Assembly (NCBI RefSeq): GCF_009557235.1
Contig: NZ_CP045650.1
Coordinates: 2,370,001-2,402,000, forward strand
Length of the DNA: 32,000 nt
DNA from: Acinetobacter wanghuae
Lineage (GTDB): Bacteria; Pseudomonadota; Gammaproteobacteria; Pseudomonadales; Moraxellaceae
Reading direction: 5' to 3'
A model generated the notes under the pieces. The model did no database searches and was not told where the DNA came from. It saw only the letters and a list, made by a program, of their open reading frames with translations. A program made the translations under genes and the position numbers. Shown piece by piece: positions 16,826 through 25,841 of the stretch; the stretch's first letter is position 1, and each line of letters begins with the position of its first letter.

Positions 16826-17496
16826 TATTCAACAAATGCAGGTTCTGCATCTGCTTCTACAGTGTTTGCATCAGCAGATGCCTCTTCTGATTTATTTTTT
16901 TCACCCGCACCACCGGTGACAAACTTAGTCACTAAGTCTTCAATTTCCATGGTGCCTTGGGTATTGGCGATTTGATCACCACGTTTAAGATAATTTAAGC
17001 CACCGCCCGGAATAATTTTCAGATACTTTTCACCGAGCAAGCCATTGGTTGCTACAGATATATAAGCATCTTCATCCAAATTAGTGATGGATTTCATGTT
17101 TTCTAAGAGTTGCTTTTCTTGTTCTTTTTGTAAGGTCGGATTCGCGGCTTGATAATCTGCGCTATAACGTAGTTCCTCTAAGGCTTCTTGCTGAACTTGT
17201 TTTAATTGCTCAGCATTGAATGTGGTCAAAGAGCCATCCATCGTCATATGTACAGTCGCTAAACGAGTCACAGGATCAAGGGTAATCGAATCGACCTGAC
17301 CCACTTTCACACCACTCATCGCTACTTTGGCACGTGGTTTAATGCCGTTAATATTTTCAAAAGTCGCGGTTAAACTGTAACTGTCTTTAATATTTGTACC
17401 GACCAAACCACTGACACGCATCGCAAGGAAGAAAATGGCGATAGCAAACAGAATGACGAATATACCAACTGCGAGCTCACTCGTACGTGATTTCAT
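16825..17496 (-). CDS. mlaD: MCE-domain protein MlaD
   Basis: It has an N-terminal TM anchor followed by an MCE domain (NGIKPRAKVAMSGVKVGQV). It overlaps the mlaE stop by 1 nt. Confidence 0.9.
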   Translation of the reverse strand: MKSRTSELAVGIFVILFAIAIFFLAMRVSGLVGTNIKDSYSLTATFENINGIKPRAKVAMSGVKVGQVDSITLDPVTRLATVHMTMDGSLTTFNAEQLKQVQQEALEELRYSADYQAANPTLQKEQEKQLLENMKSITNLDEDAYISVATNGLLGEKYLKIIPGGGLNYLKRGDQIANTQGTMEIEDLVTKFVTGGAGEKNKSEEASADANTVEADAEPAFVE

Positions 17497-18275
17497 TAAA
17501 TACCTCCGAACATGACCGCAGTCAATACGAAATCAAAACCTAAGACACACAATGACGAATACACCACTGTGCGTGTTGTTGATGTTGCAATCCCTTCAGA
17601 TGTTGGTACACAGGCATAGCCTTGATAAACCGCAATCCAAGTACAAATCAATGCAAATACAAAACTTTTAATAATAGTGCCGTTTAAAACGTCTTTAAAG
17701 AATTGCACGCTGCTTTGCATGCCACTCCAATATGCACCCTCGTCGGCACCTAAAAAATCAACACCGACTAATTTGCCTCCCATAATACCGACCGCAGCAA
17801 AAATGACAGCCAGCATGGGCAAGCTAAAAATACCAGCCCAAAGACGTGGTGAAATCACACGTTTGAGTGGATCGACGCCAATCATTTCCATACTTGAAAG
17901 CTGTTCTGTGGCTTTCATCAAGCCAATTTCAGCAGTGAGCGCAGAACCGGCACGTCCAGCAAACAGTAAAGCGGCAACCACAGGCGCAAGTTCACGGAGC
18001 AAAGTTAAAGCGACAGCTGTGCCCAGCATAGATTCACTACCAAAGGTCGACAAAATACTAAACATTTGTAGACCTAAAACAGCGCCAATAAATAAGCCCG
18101 ACACCACAATGATGAGCAATGACATCACGCCAACACGGTACATTTGATAAATAAATAAACGCACACCCTGCCAAGTGGGCAAAGAGCAAATCACTTGTAA
18201 TAACATCAAGGTGGCAACGCCAATCCCTTGCACGCGCTCAATAACGCGTCGACCTAATAAGGCAATGGCATTCAT
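17496..18275 (-). CDS. mlaE: ABC transporter permease MlaE
   Basis: This 259-aa polytopic protein shows MlaE-type conservation ([13 protein letters not shown]). It overlaps mlaF by 4 nt. Confidence 0.9.
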   Translation of the reverse strand: MNAIALLGRRVIERVQGIGVATLMLLQVICSLPTWQGVRLFIYQMYRVGVMSLLIIVVSGLFIGAVLGLQMFSILSTFGSESMLGTAVALTLLRELAPVVAALLFAGRAGSALTAEIGLMKATEQLSSMEMIGVDPLKRVISPRLWAGIFSLPMLAVIFAAVGIMGGKLVGVDFLGADEGAYWSGMQSSVQFFKDVLNGTIIKSFVFALICTWIAVYQGYACVPTSEGIATSTTRTVVYSSLCVLGFDFVLTAVMFGGI

Positions 18276-19090
18276 GAATGCACCTCATCACTTAAATAGG
18301 CTTGATGACTAAATTGATAATCCACAGGGCCTTCAACTGAACCTGTGAGGAATTGTTGCACAAATGCAGATGAATGCGCTTTTAGCTGTTCAGGTGTGCC
18401 CTCACCTTGTACCTTGCCTTCAGCCACCACATAGATGTAATCCGCAATGGATAAGGTTTCAGCCACATCATGCGAGACAATAATGGTGGTCAAATCCAAC
18501 GCTTCACGTAATGAGCGAATTAAACGGGTTAAAACCCCCATCACAATTGGGTCTTGCCCTGCAAATGGCTCGTCGTACATGATCAAATCAGGGTCAAGTG
18601 CAATCGCACGCGCCAAAGCCACACGACGATTCATACCACCTGACAATTCAGATGGCATCATTTGCTCTGCCCCGCGCAGACCAACAGATTCAAGTTTAAG
18701 CGCGACCAATTCTGCAATTAAATGCTCAGGCAATTGAGTATGCGCACGAATCGGAAATGCGACATTTTCGTAAACTGACATGTCGGTAAATAATGCCCCA
18801 CTTTGGAAGAGCATGCCCATACGTGCACGCGAGGCAAATAATTCCTTACGTGACATTGCCGCAATATTTTTACCATCCAATAGAACTTGTCCAACATCGG
18901 GGACTAACTGCCCACCAATCAAACGCAGTAATGTCGTTTTACCTGTGCCTGAGGGTCCCATAATTGCTGTAATTTGACCGCGACGAATATTGAGATTTAC
19001 GTTGTCATAAATCACACGATCGCCACGTTTAAAGCTCAAGTTTTTTACTTCAATCAATGATTGAGCCTCAAACAATGTTTGATTATTCAT
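18272..19090 (-). CDS. mlaF: ABC transporter ATP-binding protein MlaF
   Basis: It has Walker [10 protein letters not shown], the signature LSGGMNRR and Walker B LIMYDEP. I chose the start at Met13 of the ORF-track product ([18 protein letters not shown]), matching my recollection of Acinetobacter MlaF N-termini. ATG 19126 cannot be excluded. Confidence 0.85.
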   Translation of the reverse strand: MNNQTLFEAQSLIEVKNLSFKRGDRVIYDNVNLNIRRGQITAIMGPSGTGKTTLLRLIGGQLVPDVGQVLLDGKNIAAMSRKELFASRARMGMLFQSGALFTDMSVYENVAFPIRAHTQLPEHLIAELVALKLESVGLRGAEQMMPSELSGGMNRRVALARAIALDPDLIMYDEPFAGQDPIVMGVLTRLIRSLREALDLTTIIVSHDVAETLSIADYIYVVAEGKVQGEGTPEQLKAHSSAFVQQFLTGSVEGPVDYQFSHQAYLSDEVHS

Positions 19091-19437
19091 AGCTGAGCGT
19101 ATTCCTGCATTTTTTTCAGCATGCATACTATAAAGGATTAGAGTTCAAAATGTTACTTTTGATAAATTTGGGATAAGCACATCCAATGTAGTGCAAAAAT
19201 AGTTGCGTTTTTAATTGAGGCTAAAATAACACAAAATAATGGATATTATATGTACTAATTCAAGGTGTTATATAAGTAAAAAAGGACGTTACACAACACC
19301 AAGATTAAAGCAAGATAAGGCATAGCAACCTCTATTATTGTTTAAATCGGCTTCGACAGCCTCATTCTTTTACTTATCATAAACTATTTTTTTGATGATT
19401 CAGTATACATTTTATCTCAAGACATAAAAATTCAGCA

Positions 19438-19469
19438 CAAAAAAAACCAGCGTTTCCGCTGGTTTTTTT
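19438..19469 (-). terminator. Rho-independent terminator downstream of the helicase gene
   Basis: AAAAAAAACCAGCG-TTTC-CGCTGGTTTTTTT, 12 nt beyond the stop codon. Confidence 0.8.
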
Positions 19470-19480
19470 ATTCAATTCAA

Positions 19481-21394
19481 TTAGTCATTGAATTTACGAC
19501 GTGGACGGTCTTCACCGCCGAACGCTGGACGTTCACCACGTGGTTTATCATCAAAGCTACGACGTGGACGATCTTCGCCACCGAAAGTACGCTTAGGACG
19601 ATCATCGCTGAACGAACGTTGTGGACGATCACCGAAACCGCCTTCACGACGTGGAGCAGGACGATCACCGAAATCACGTTTTGGACGGTCGCTATAACCA
19701 TTTTCACGCGCTGGTTTGTAATCTACACGATTACCACGGTTGTCATCTGCAGAACGTGGTTTGTCACCAAACGAACGTTGTGGACGATCACCGAAACCGC
19801 CTTCGCGACGTGGCGCTGGACGATCACCGAAATCACGTTTTGGACGATCGTCGAATGAACGTTGTGGACGATCACCGAAACCGCCTTCACGACGTGGCGC
19901 TGGACGATCACCGAAATCACGTTTTGGACGATCATCGAACGAACGTTGTGGACGATCACCGAAACCGCCTTCACGACGTGGAGCAGGACGATCACCAAAA
20001 TCACGCTTAGGACGATCATCAAATGAACGTTGTGGACGATCACCGAAATCACGTTTAGGACGATCATCACCGCCTTCACGACGTTTGAAATTAGATTCGC
20101 CTTCGAAACGAGCACGACCACCACCATCACGACCGCCGAAACCGCCACGACCACGACCGCCATCACGACCACCGCGACCGCCGTCACGACCACGACCGCC
20201 GCCATCACGACTACCGCGTGCAGGAGGTGGAGATGGCTCAAGACCTTCAATTTCAGACACGTTCAAACGTGCTTCAAGGAAATCTTCTAGCGCACGAATT
20301 TTACCGCGTTCACGGTAAGTCGCTAAAGTAATCGCTTTACCTGTACGACCAGCACGGCCTGTACGACCAATACGGTGAACATAGTCTTCGTTCTTCATTG
20401 GAAGACCGAAGTTAATAACGTGTGAAATTGTTGGTACGTCAAGACCACGAGCAGCAACGTCAGTTGCAACTAAAATCTTAGCACGACCTTCACGGATACT
20501 ACGTAAACGACGGTTACGTACAGTTTGTGGCATAGCACCATGAAGCGCTACAACTGATAAACCTGCTTCAGCAAGTTCTTCAGCCAACATATCTGTGTCT
20601 TCTTGAGTCGACGCAAATACAACTGCTTGATCAACGTCTTCTTCGTTTAACCAGTGAGTTAATAATTTTTTCTTGTGTTCGAAACCATCAGTCCAATGCA
20701 AAGTCTGAGTAATGTCAGTATTTGTAGAGTGACCAGTTTCAATCGAAATACGCATCGGATCATTCATCATGCGTTCTGCAAGTGTAATGATACGTGGAGC
20801 GAATGTCGCAGAGAACATCAATGTTTGTTTACGGTTTGCAGCCAAATCACCAATTGCTTCTAAGTCTTCAGAGAAACCTAGATCAAGCATACGGTCAGCT
20901 TCATCGACGATTAACGCATCAACTTTATCAAGTTTGATTTGACGACGGTTTACTAAGTCAAGTAGACGACCTGGAGTCGCTACAACCACTTGTGCACCTT
21001 TTAACTGTTGGATTTGTTTACCGAAAGGCATACCACCCATAATTGCAGCAATACGAACACCCTTCATGTGACGTACAAGTGCAATCGCGTCTTGACATAC
21101 TTGTTGTGCCAATTCACGCGTTGGTGAAATTACCAAGATATTCGGTTGAGTTACCGCTTTCATGCGATCTTTGAAAGGAACAAGACCGTCTTCGTTTGCA
21201 AGACCGTTTAAAGTCGGTAGTAAGAATGCAGCAGTCTTACCAGAACCCGTTTGGCTTGATACTAAAAGGTCTTTACCTTCTAGTGCAGCTGGGATTGCCT
21301 GTTCTTGTACAGGAGTTGGCGTAGTAAAGCCTAGACCTTCAAGAGCCTGTGTTAACGACTCGTCAAGGGAAAAATCAGCAAAAGTTTTGCTCAT
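19481..21394 (-). CDS. rhlE: DEAD-box ATP-dependent RNA helicase (RhlE-like) with a repetitive Arg/Gly/Asp/Pro-rich C-terminal tail of about 250 aa
   Basis: It has a Q-motif region (TPTPVQEQAIP), SQTGSGKT, VDEADRMLD, SAT and HRIGRTGRAGR. The tail carries an RGG box and repeats of the FGDRPQRSFDDRPKRDFGDRPAPRREGG unit. Confidence 0.9.
   Translation of the reverse strand: MSKTFADFSLDESLTQALEGLGFTTPTPVQEQAIPAALEGKDLLVSSQTGSGKTAAFLLPTLNGLANEDGLVPFKDRMKAVTQPNILVISPTRELAQQVCQDAIALVRHMKGVRIAAIMGGMPFGKQIQQLKGAQVVVATPGRLLDLVNRRQIKLDKVDALIVDEADRMLDLGFSEDLEAIGDLAANRKQTLMFSATFAPRIITLAERMMNDPMRISIETGHSTNTDITQTLHWTDGFEHKKKLLTHWLNEEDVDQAVVFASTQEDTDMLAEELAEAGLSVVALHGAMPQTVRNRRLRSIREGRAKILVATDVAARGLDVPTISHVINFGLPMKNEDYVHRIGRTGRAGRTGKAITLATYRERGKIRALEDFLEARLNVSEIEGLEPSPPPARGSRDGGGRGRDGGRGGRDGGRGRGGFGGRDGGGRARFEGESNFKRREGGDDRPKRDFGDRPQRSFDDRPKRDFGDRPAPRREGGFGDRPQRSFDDRPKRDFGDRPAPRREGGFGDRPQRSFDDRPKRDFGDRPAPRREGGFGDRPQRSFGDKPRSADDNRGNRVDYKPARENGYSDRPKRDFGDRPAPRREGGFGDRPQRSFSDDRPKRTFGGEDRPRRSFDDKPRGERPAFGGEDRPRRKFND
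19773..20066. repeat. In-frame 84-bp tandem repeat (about 3.4 units) inside the helicase tail; one dispersed extra unit at 19614-19697
   Basis: Unit starts (GAACGTTGTGGACGATCACCGAAA...) fall at 19773, 19857, 19941 and 20025, giving an exact 84-nt period. The units are nearly identical. The copy at 19614 is offset by 159 nt, which is still in frame. Confidence 0.9.
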
Positions 21395-21862
21395 AGAGAG
21401 TGTTCACCCTAAAGTGGGTGCTCCATTAAATAAATATAAAACTATGGACATCGGCAAAAAGCGGTACAGCAATTAGAGCTGAAAAATTAGGATTCAGCAG
21501 CGATCCGAGTAACGACGATGTGGATAACGCACGTATATGATTACGGCCGCAAACCTGAAGGAATCGCTTAAGCGATTGGGGCGCGAAGGATATGTCCTCT
21601 CTATGGACAGCACGCGCATACAATGATTAGAAGATAATGTTCAGGTAAAGAACGGAAATTTAAGTGCGTTGGCGGAGTATAGCAGAATTTTAAATAATGT
21701 CATTAAGTTTTAGTGTTATTTTCACTTAATATAAATATTAAAATATTAATCAGACACTTATATAAATATAAAAATGTAACTTCTTGTACATTCGAACATT
21801 CATGCAGCAAAACACATTTTTTAAGCGGTTTTTGTGCTACTAAATCATGAACAACAAACAAT

Positions 21863-21891
21863 AAAAAAGGCATCCCGAAGGATACCTTTTT
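21863..21891 (-). terminator. Putative terminator downstream of suhB
   Basis: AAAAAAGGCATCC-CGAA-GGATACCTTTTT has one mismatch or wobble in the stem. An additional hairpin, TTTAGATG-CAGAT-CATCTAAA, lies at 21899-21919. Confidence 0.55.
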
Positions 21892-21924
21892 GAGTTCATT
21901 TAGATGCAGATCATCTAAACTCGA

Positions 21925-22755
21925 TTATTTTGCTGCGTCACCCCAAGCAGGTACAACTGCTTGCATTAGAGGTTTCAGCATTTTCATTGAACAAGCCAAG
22001 ACTTGACCATTTTCCATAGATTCGCTACCACCACGCGCATCCACTACAGTACCACCCGCTTCTTTCACGATTAACTCGCCTGCTGCGATATCCCATGGTT
22101 TCAAACCAAGCTCGAAGTAACCATCAAATCGACCTGCAGCAACATAAGCTAAATCTAGCGCTGCTGAACCTGAACGACGATATTGAGCGCCAGCTTCAGT
22201 GACATTTAAAAGTGATTTGAAATGATTTTCCGCATAAGAAACAACTTCGCCACCACGTTGCGCGCGGTAAGCGTGACCTACTGAAAGGAAAGTTTTATCT
22301 AAGTTGTCTTTTACATTTACGCGAATACGGCGTTGGTTCATCATGGCACCACGGCCACGACTTGCAGAGAATAACTCATCTTTCACAGGGTCATAAATAA
22401 CACCGTGCTGAGTTACGCCTTTGTGCTGAACTGCAATAGAAATACAGAAATGCGGGAAACCATTAATGAAGTTTAATGTGCCATCAAGTGGGTCAATAAT
22501 CCAACACCAATCAGCGTCGTGACCATTACCTTCTTGTAGACCAAACTCTTCACCAAGGAAGCTGTGATTTTTATAGCTTTTACGTAGCGTATCGATAGTC
22601 AATTGTTCCAAATAACGGTCTACACGCGTTACTGGACCATCAATCCCTTTTTCTTCGACTTGTAGATCGAGTTTATGACGATTTTGATGCGCTTTCAAAA
22701 GCTCTTGACCAACTAACTGAGCCGCACGCGCAGCCATCACCACCATAGGTTCCAT
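21925..22755 (-). CDS. suhB: Inositol monophosphatase family protein SuhB
   Basis: It has the motifs WIIDPLDGT and a C-terminal GSAALDLAYVAAGRFDGY. I chose the start at MEPMVVMAARAA (E. coli SuhB begins MHPMLNIAVRAA). The ORF-track form adds 18 residues that are unlikely to be real. Confidence 0.9.
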   Translation of the reverse strand: MEPMVVMAARAAQLVGQELLKAHQNRHKLDLQVEEKGIDGPVTRVDRYLEQLTIDTLRKSYKNHSFLGEEFGLQEGNGHDADWCWIIDPLDGTLNFINGFPHFCISIAVQHKGVTQHGVIYDPVKDELFSASRGRGAMMNQRRIRVNVKDNLDKTFLSVGHAYRAQRGGEVVSYAENHFKSLLNVTEAGAQYRRSGSAALDLAYVAAGRFDGYFELGLKPWDIAAGELIVKEAGGTVVDARGGSESMENGQVLACSMKMLKPLMQAVVPAWGDAAK

Positions 22756-22874
22756 TGAACACCCACTACAAATTTGAAGATATTGATAAAGAATAATGCA
22801 TAAAAGCACCTATATTTTAGCAAATATAAGTGCTTTTAGGGGAAAAATGTTTCTAAATTTTATTTAAGCTCAGA

Positions 22875-24779
22875 TCACACACTTTGCTCAAGCGCATTCC
22901 ATGCTTGATTGATCGACTTTTCAATGCCTTGAGCATCTAAACCCGATTGCTGCAGCATTTGACCATGCGTCGCTTGCGCCATGAAACGATCTGCTAAACC
23001 TAAGTTAAGCACAGGTTTTACGATTTGTGCTTGTGCAAGATATTCATTGACTGCACTGCCCGCACCCGCCATCACCGCATGTTCTTCTACCGTAATGAAC
23101 AATTGGGTATTTGCTGCCAATTGATCTAAGATTTGAGTGTCGAGCGGTTTAATGAAACGCATATTGACAACACGCACTGCAATCTCATGTTTACTTGCAA
23201 AACTTTCAGCCGCTTCTAGCGCAGCCTGAACACGACTACCAAATGCCAATACCGAAATAGAGTCATCATATTGTTCATTAAAGCTTGCCACGATTTCAGC
23301 CTGACCGATTGGAATTTCGACCATATTTTGCTGAATATCGACACCTAAGCCATTACCACGTGGGTAACGCACAGCTGCAGGACCTTTGTATAAGTAAGCA
23401 GTGTGCAACATTTGACGACATTCATTTTCGTCTTTCGGTGCCATGAGCACTAAATTTGGAATAGTGCGCATATAAGCATAGTCATACGCCCCTGCATGGG
23501 TTGGACCATCCTCACCGACCAATCCAGCACGATCAATACCAAAAGTGACATCAAGATTCTGTAAAGCCACGTCATGCACCAATTGGTCATAGCCGCGTTG
23601 TAAGAACGTTGAATAAATGGCAACAACCGGTTTTAAGCCTTCACATGCCATACCCGCAGCCAATGTCACTGCATGCTGTTCAGCAATGGCAACATCAAAA
23701 AAGCGTTCTGGATAGTCTTGAGCAAATTTTACCATGCCTGAGCCTTCACTCATGGCAGGCGTAATGGCAAGTAAACGTTTGTCTTGAGCTGCTTCATCAC
23801 AGAGCCATTGACCAAAGACATCCGAGTATTTTGGTGCACGTGTTGCTGCAGCAGCTGTATTTAATTTACTAATCGCGTGATATTTAATTTGTTCGCTTTC
23901 GGCAGGTGCAAAGCCTTTACCTTTCTTGGTATAAATATGCACAAGACGCGGACCTTTACGCTTTTTCAGCGCAGCGAAGACCTGTACCAAACCTTGTACA
24001 TCATGACCATCAAATGGTCCAAAATAGTCAAAACCAATGGCTTTAAATAAATTATCAGCTGCATCGGTGGCTGACGAATGTAAGCGTGAATTGTACGACC
24101 ACTCAGGATAAGGCTGTACAAAGACTTCGCCTTGGTCATTAATGTTGACAGATTCACCACGCTCCCAAATGGCTGCTAAATGCTTCGCAAATCCACCTGT
24201 GCTGCACGAAATCGACATATCATTGTCATTTAAGACAACCATTAAGTCCGCATTGTGTGCTACTGCATCATTCATGGCTTCAAATGCCATGCCTGCTGTC
24301 ATTGCGCCATCACCAATAATCGAAACCACATCACAAGGATCATTTTGATAGCGACGCGCTAAAGCCATCCCCAAGCCTGCTGAAATCGCAGTCGATGAAT
24401 GTCCTACACCGAAGGTATCGAATTCAGATTCTTCACGTAAAGGGAATGCCGCCAAACCATCTTTGGCACGAATGGTGATAAGCTGATCACGACGACCCGT
24501 TAACGCTTTATGCGGATAAGCCTGATGACCCACATCCCAAATGAGACGGTCATTTGGCGTATTAAAACAATAATGTAGTGCAACAGTCAGCTCAACCACA
24601 CCAAGGTTTGCACCAAAGTGTCCACCGCTTTGACCTGCAGCATACAAAATGAATTGACGTAACTCATCCGCCACTTGGTCGAGCTGGCTTTGCTCAAGTT
24701 CACGCAATTGCTTGGGATGGTCGATCGCATCAAGCAACGGTGTTACAGGGCGTTGAGTTGGTATTTCTGTATACAGCAT
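22875..24779 (-). CDS. dxs: 1-deoxy-D-xylulose-5-phosphate synthase
   Basis: It has the TPP-binding motif [15 protein letters not shown], the GHxxxS region and a transketolase-like C-domain. I chose the start at Met7 ([11 protein letters not shown]). Confidence 0.92.
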   Translation of the reverse strand: MLYTEIPTQRPVTPLLDAIDHPKQLRELEQSQLDQVADELRQFILYAAGQSGGHFGANLGVVELTVALHYCFNTPNDRLIWDVGHQAYPHKALTGRRDQLITIRAKDGLAAFPLREESEFDTFGVGHSSTAISAGLGMALARRYQNDPCDVVSIIGDGAMTAGMAFEAMNDAVAHNADLMVVLNDNDMSISCSTGGFAKHLAAIWERGESVNINDQGEVFVQPYPEWSYNSRLHSSATDAADNLFKAIGFDYFGPFDGHDVQGLVQVFAALKKRKGPRLVHIYTKKGKGFAPAESEQIKYHAISKLNTAAAATRAPKYSDVFGQWLCDEAAQDKRLLAITPAMSEGSGMVKFAQDYPERFFDVAIAEQHAVTLAAGMACEGLKPVVAIYSTFLQRGYDQLVHDVALQNLDVTFGIDRAGLVGEDGPTHAGAYDYAYMRTIPNLVLMAPKDENECRQMLHTAYLYKGPAAVRYPRGNGLGVDIQQNMVEIPIGQAEIVASFNEQYDDSISVLAFGSRVQAALEAAESFASKHEIAVRVVNMRFIKPLDTQILDQLAANTQLFITVEEHAVMAGAGSAVNEYLAQAQIVKPVLNLGLADRFMAQATHGQMLQQSGLDAQGIEKSINQAWNALEQSV

Positions 24780-25085
24780 AAATGGCAAAGCCTTCAAAAG
24801 CCTGGCAAATCCTAAGCTAAGTCAATGGGGAGTAACCGATCATAAAGGTGAATTATAGCAGCTTCAATTCAGCAAAACTTGATACGATGTAATATTAGAC
24901 AATCGTTTCTAGGTGCTAAAAATTGCAGCCTACGATTATCCTGAATAATATTACTCATTATCAACCATTATCGTTCGCTTTATACAAAAAAGAAAATGTT
25001 CTCCATAAATTCAGCGATCCAATCCTACTAATGTTCAATCATTACGCTATACTTTGAGCAATTTCAGGATTTAACGGGTTCAGCT

Positions 25086-25688
25086 GTGCCTATCGAATTT
25101 GTTGCAACTTCAAGATTACCTACTGCTCATGGCGAGTTTAAAATTACTGTATTTCAAGACCCCAAAACAGGTGAAGAACATGTTGCTCTTTCCAAAGGTC
25201 TAGAAGAAGCATCTGATGAACCTGTAGTTGTGCGTGTGCACTCTGAATGCTTAACAGGAGATGCATTTGCATCTTTAAAATGCGATTGTGGTCCGCAATT
25301 ACAAGCCACACAAAAACTGATTAATGACATTGGTCGTGGTGTGATTTTATATTTGCGCCAAGAAGGTCGTGGTATTGGTTTGACCAATAAAATTCGCGCG
25401 TATGCCCTGCAAGATCAAGGACATGACACCGTTGATGCAAATCTTATGCTCAATCTGCCTGCCGATGCACGTCAGTACGATATGTGTAGCATTATGCTGA
25501 AACATTTAAATGTAAAAGCCGTGAAATTGGTAACGAATAATCCTCTTAAAATTAAAGCCCTTGAAGAGCAAGGCATCCGCGTTGTAGGTCGTGTGCCTTT
25601 AACTGTGGGCTTAAATCCGTTCAATGAAGAATATTTAAAAACCAAACATGAACGTATGGCGCATATGTATCAGAAGGAAGATTTTTAA
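25086..25688 (+). CDS. ribA: GTP cyclohydrolase II
   Basis: It has [13 protein letters not shown]...CDCG (zinc Cys ligands) and [10 protein letters not shown]. The GTG start gives [13 protein letters not shown]. Confidence 0.9.
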   Translation: MPIEFVATSRLPTAHGEFKITVFQDPKTGEEHVALSKGLEEASDEPVVVRVHSECLTGDAFASLKCDCGPQLQATQKLINDIGRGVILYLRQEGRGIGLTNKIRAYALQDQGHDTVDANLMLNLPADARQYDMCSIMLKHLNVKAVKLVTNNPLKIKALEEQGIRVVGRVPLTVGLNPFNEEYLKTKHERMAHMYQKEDF

Positions 25689-25724
25689 CAGTCTCTACAA
25701 ATACACCCCAACATTTTTTAAATC

Positions 25725-25835
25725 TCCCCTACCCCCTCTTTATAAAAGAGGGGAAAATAAGCCTCCCTTTCTTACGCTTCGACTTAAAGCAATGCTTAAG
25801 TCTCCCTCCTTTTGTAAAGGAGGGTCGGGGTGGAT
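25725..25835. repeat. REP-like double-hairpin element, copy 3, inverted relative to copy 1
   Basis: The hairpins are CCCCTCTTT-ATA-AAAGAGGGG (25733-25753) and CCCTCCTTT-TGT-AAAGGAGGG (25804-25824). GAGGGTCGGGGTG (25820-25832) is the exact reverse complement of CACCCCGACCCTC at 10015-10027. It lies between the convergent ribA and hemN. Confidence 0.7.
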
Positions 25836-25841
25836 TACAAA

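Noticed and set aside
17677-18147. A 156-aa plus-strand ORF antisense to mlaE. Similar antisense ORFs lie at 5512-5853, 16588-16890, 18447-18737 and 21162-21476.
   Set aside because: Each is fully embedded opposite a strongly supported, conserved CDS. Their products are Pro/Ser/Ala/Lys-rich, as is typical of antisense translation, and they have no independent expression signals.
19773-20066. The regularly spaced 84-bp direct repeats could superficially suggest a CRISPR-like array.
   Set aside because: The units are contiguous with no unique spacers, and the period is a multiple of 3. They lie in frame within a CDS, there are no cas genes, and the repeats lack a CRISPR-type palindromic core.
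19488-20318. Several long ORFs in alternative frames and on the plus strand across the helicase tail: 19488-19697, 19619-19858, 19621-20010, 19740-20318 and 20030-20290 on the plus strand, and 19477-19707 and 19723-20250 on the minus strand.
   Set aside because: They are low-complexity translations of the 84-bp repeat and RGG-coding DNA (runs of V/H/N/D or R/S/P/G). They have no SD or independent start context, and they lie entirely inside a well-supported DEAD-box helicase frame.
21426-21623. A 65-aa ORF upstream of the helicase and co-oriented with it.
   Set aside because: It has no SD and no recognisable domain, and the region is dominated by palindromes and hairpins. A structured 5' leader explains it better.
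22756-22809. Extended N-termini in the ORF track for suhB (18 aa), dxs (6 aa, 24780-24797) and mlaF (12 aa, 19091-19126).
   Set aside because: The conserved N-terminal sequences of these families begin at the internal Met residues. The extensions are hydrophobic or atypical and lack SD sequences. For mlaF and dxs the longer forms remain possible.
24798-25085. A possible FMN riboswitch upstream of ribA, or a TPP-related element upstream of dxs.
   Set aside because: I could not find the conserved FMN-element core segments or a THI-box by eye. The region is AT-rich without the expected multi-stem GC-rich architecture. An Infernal/Rfam scan would be the decisive check.
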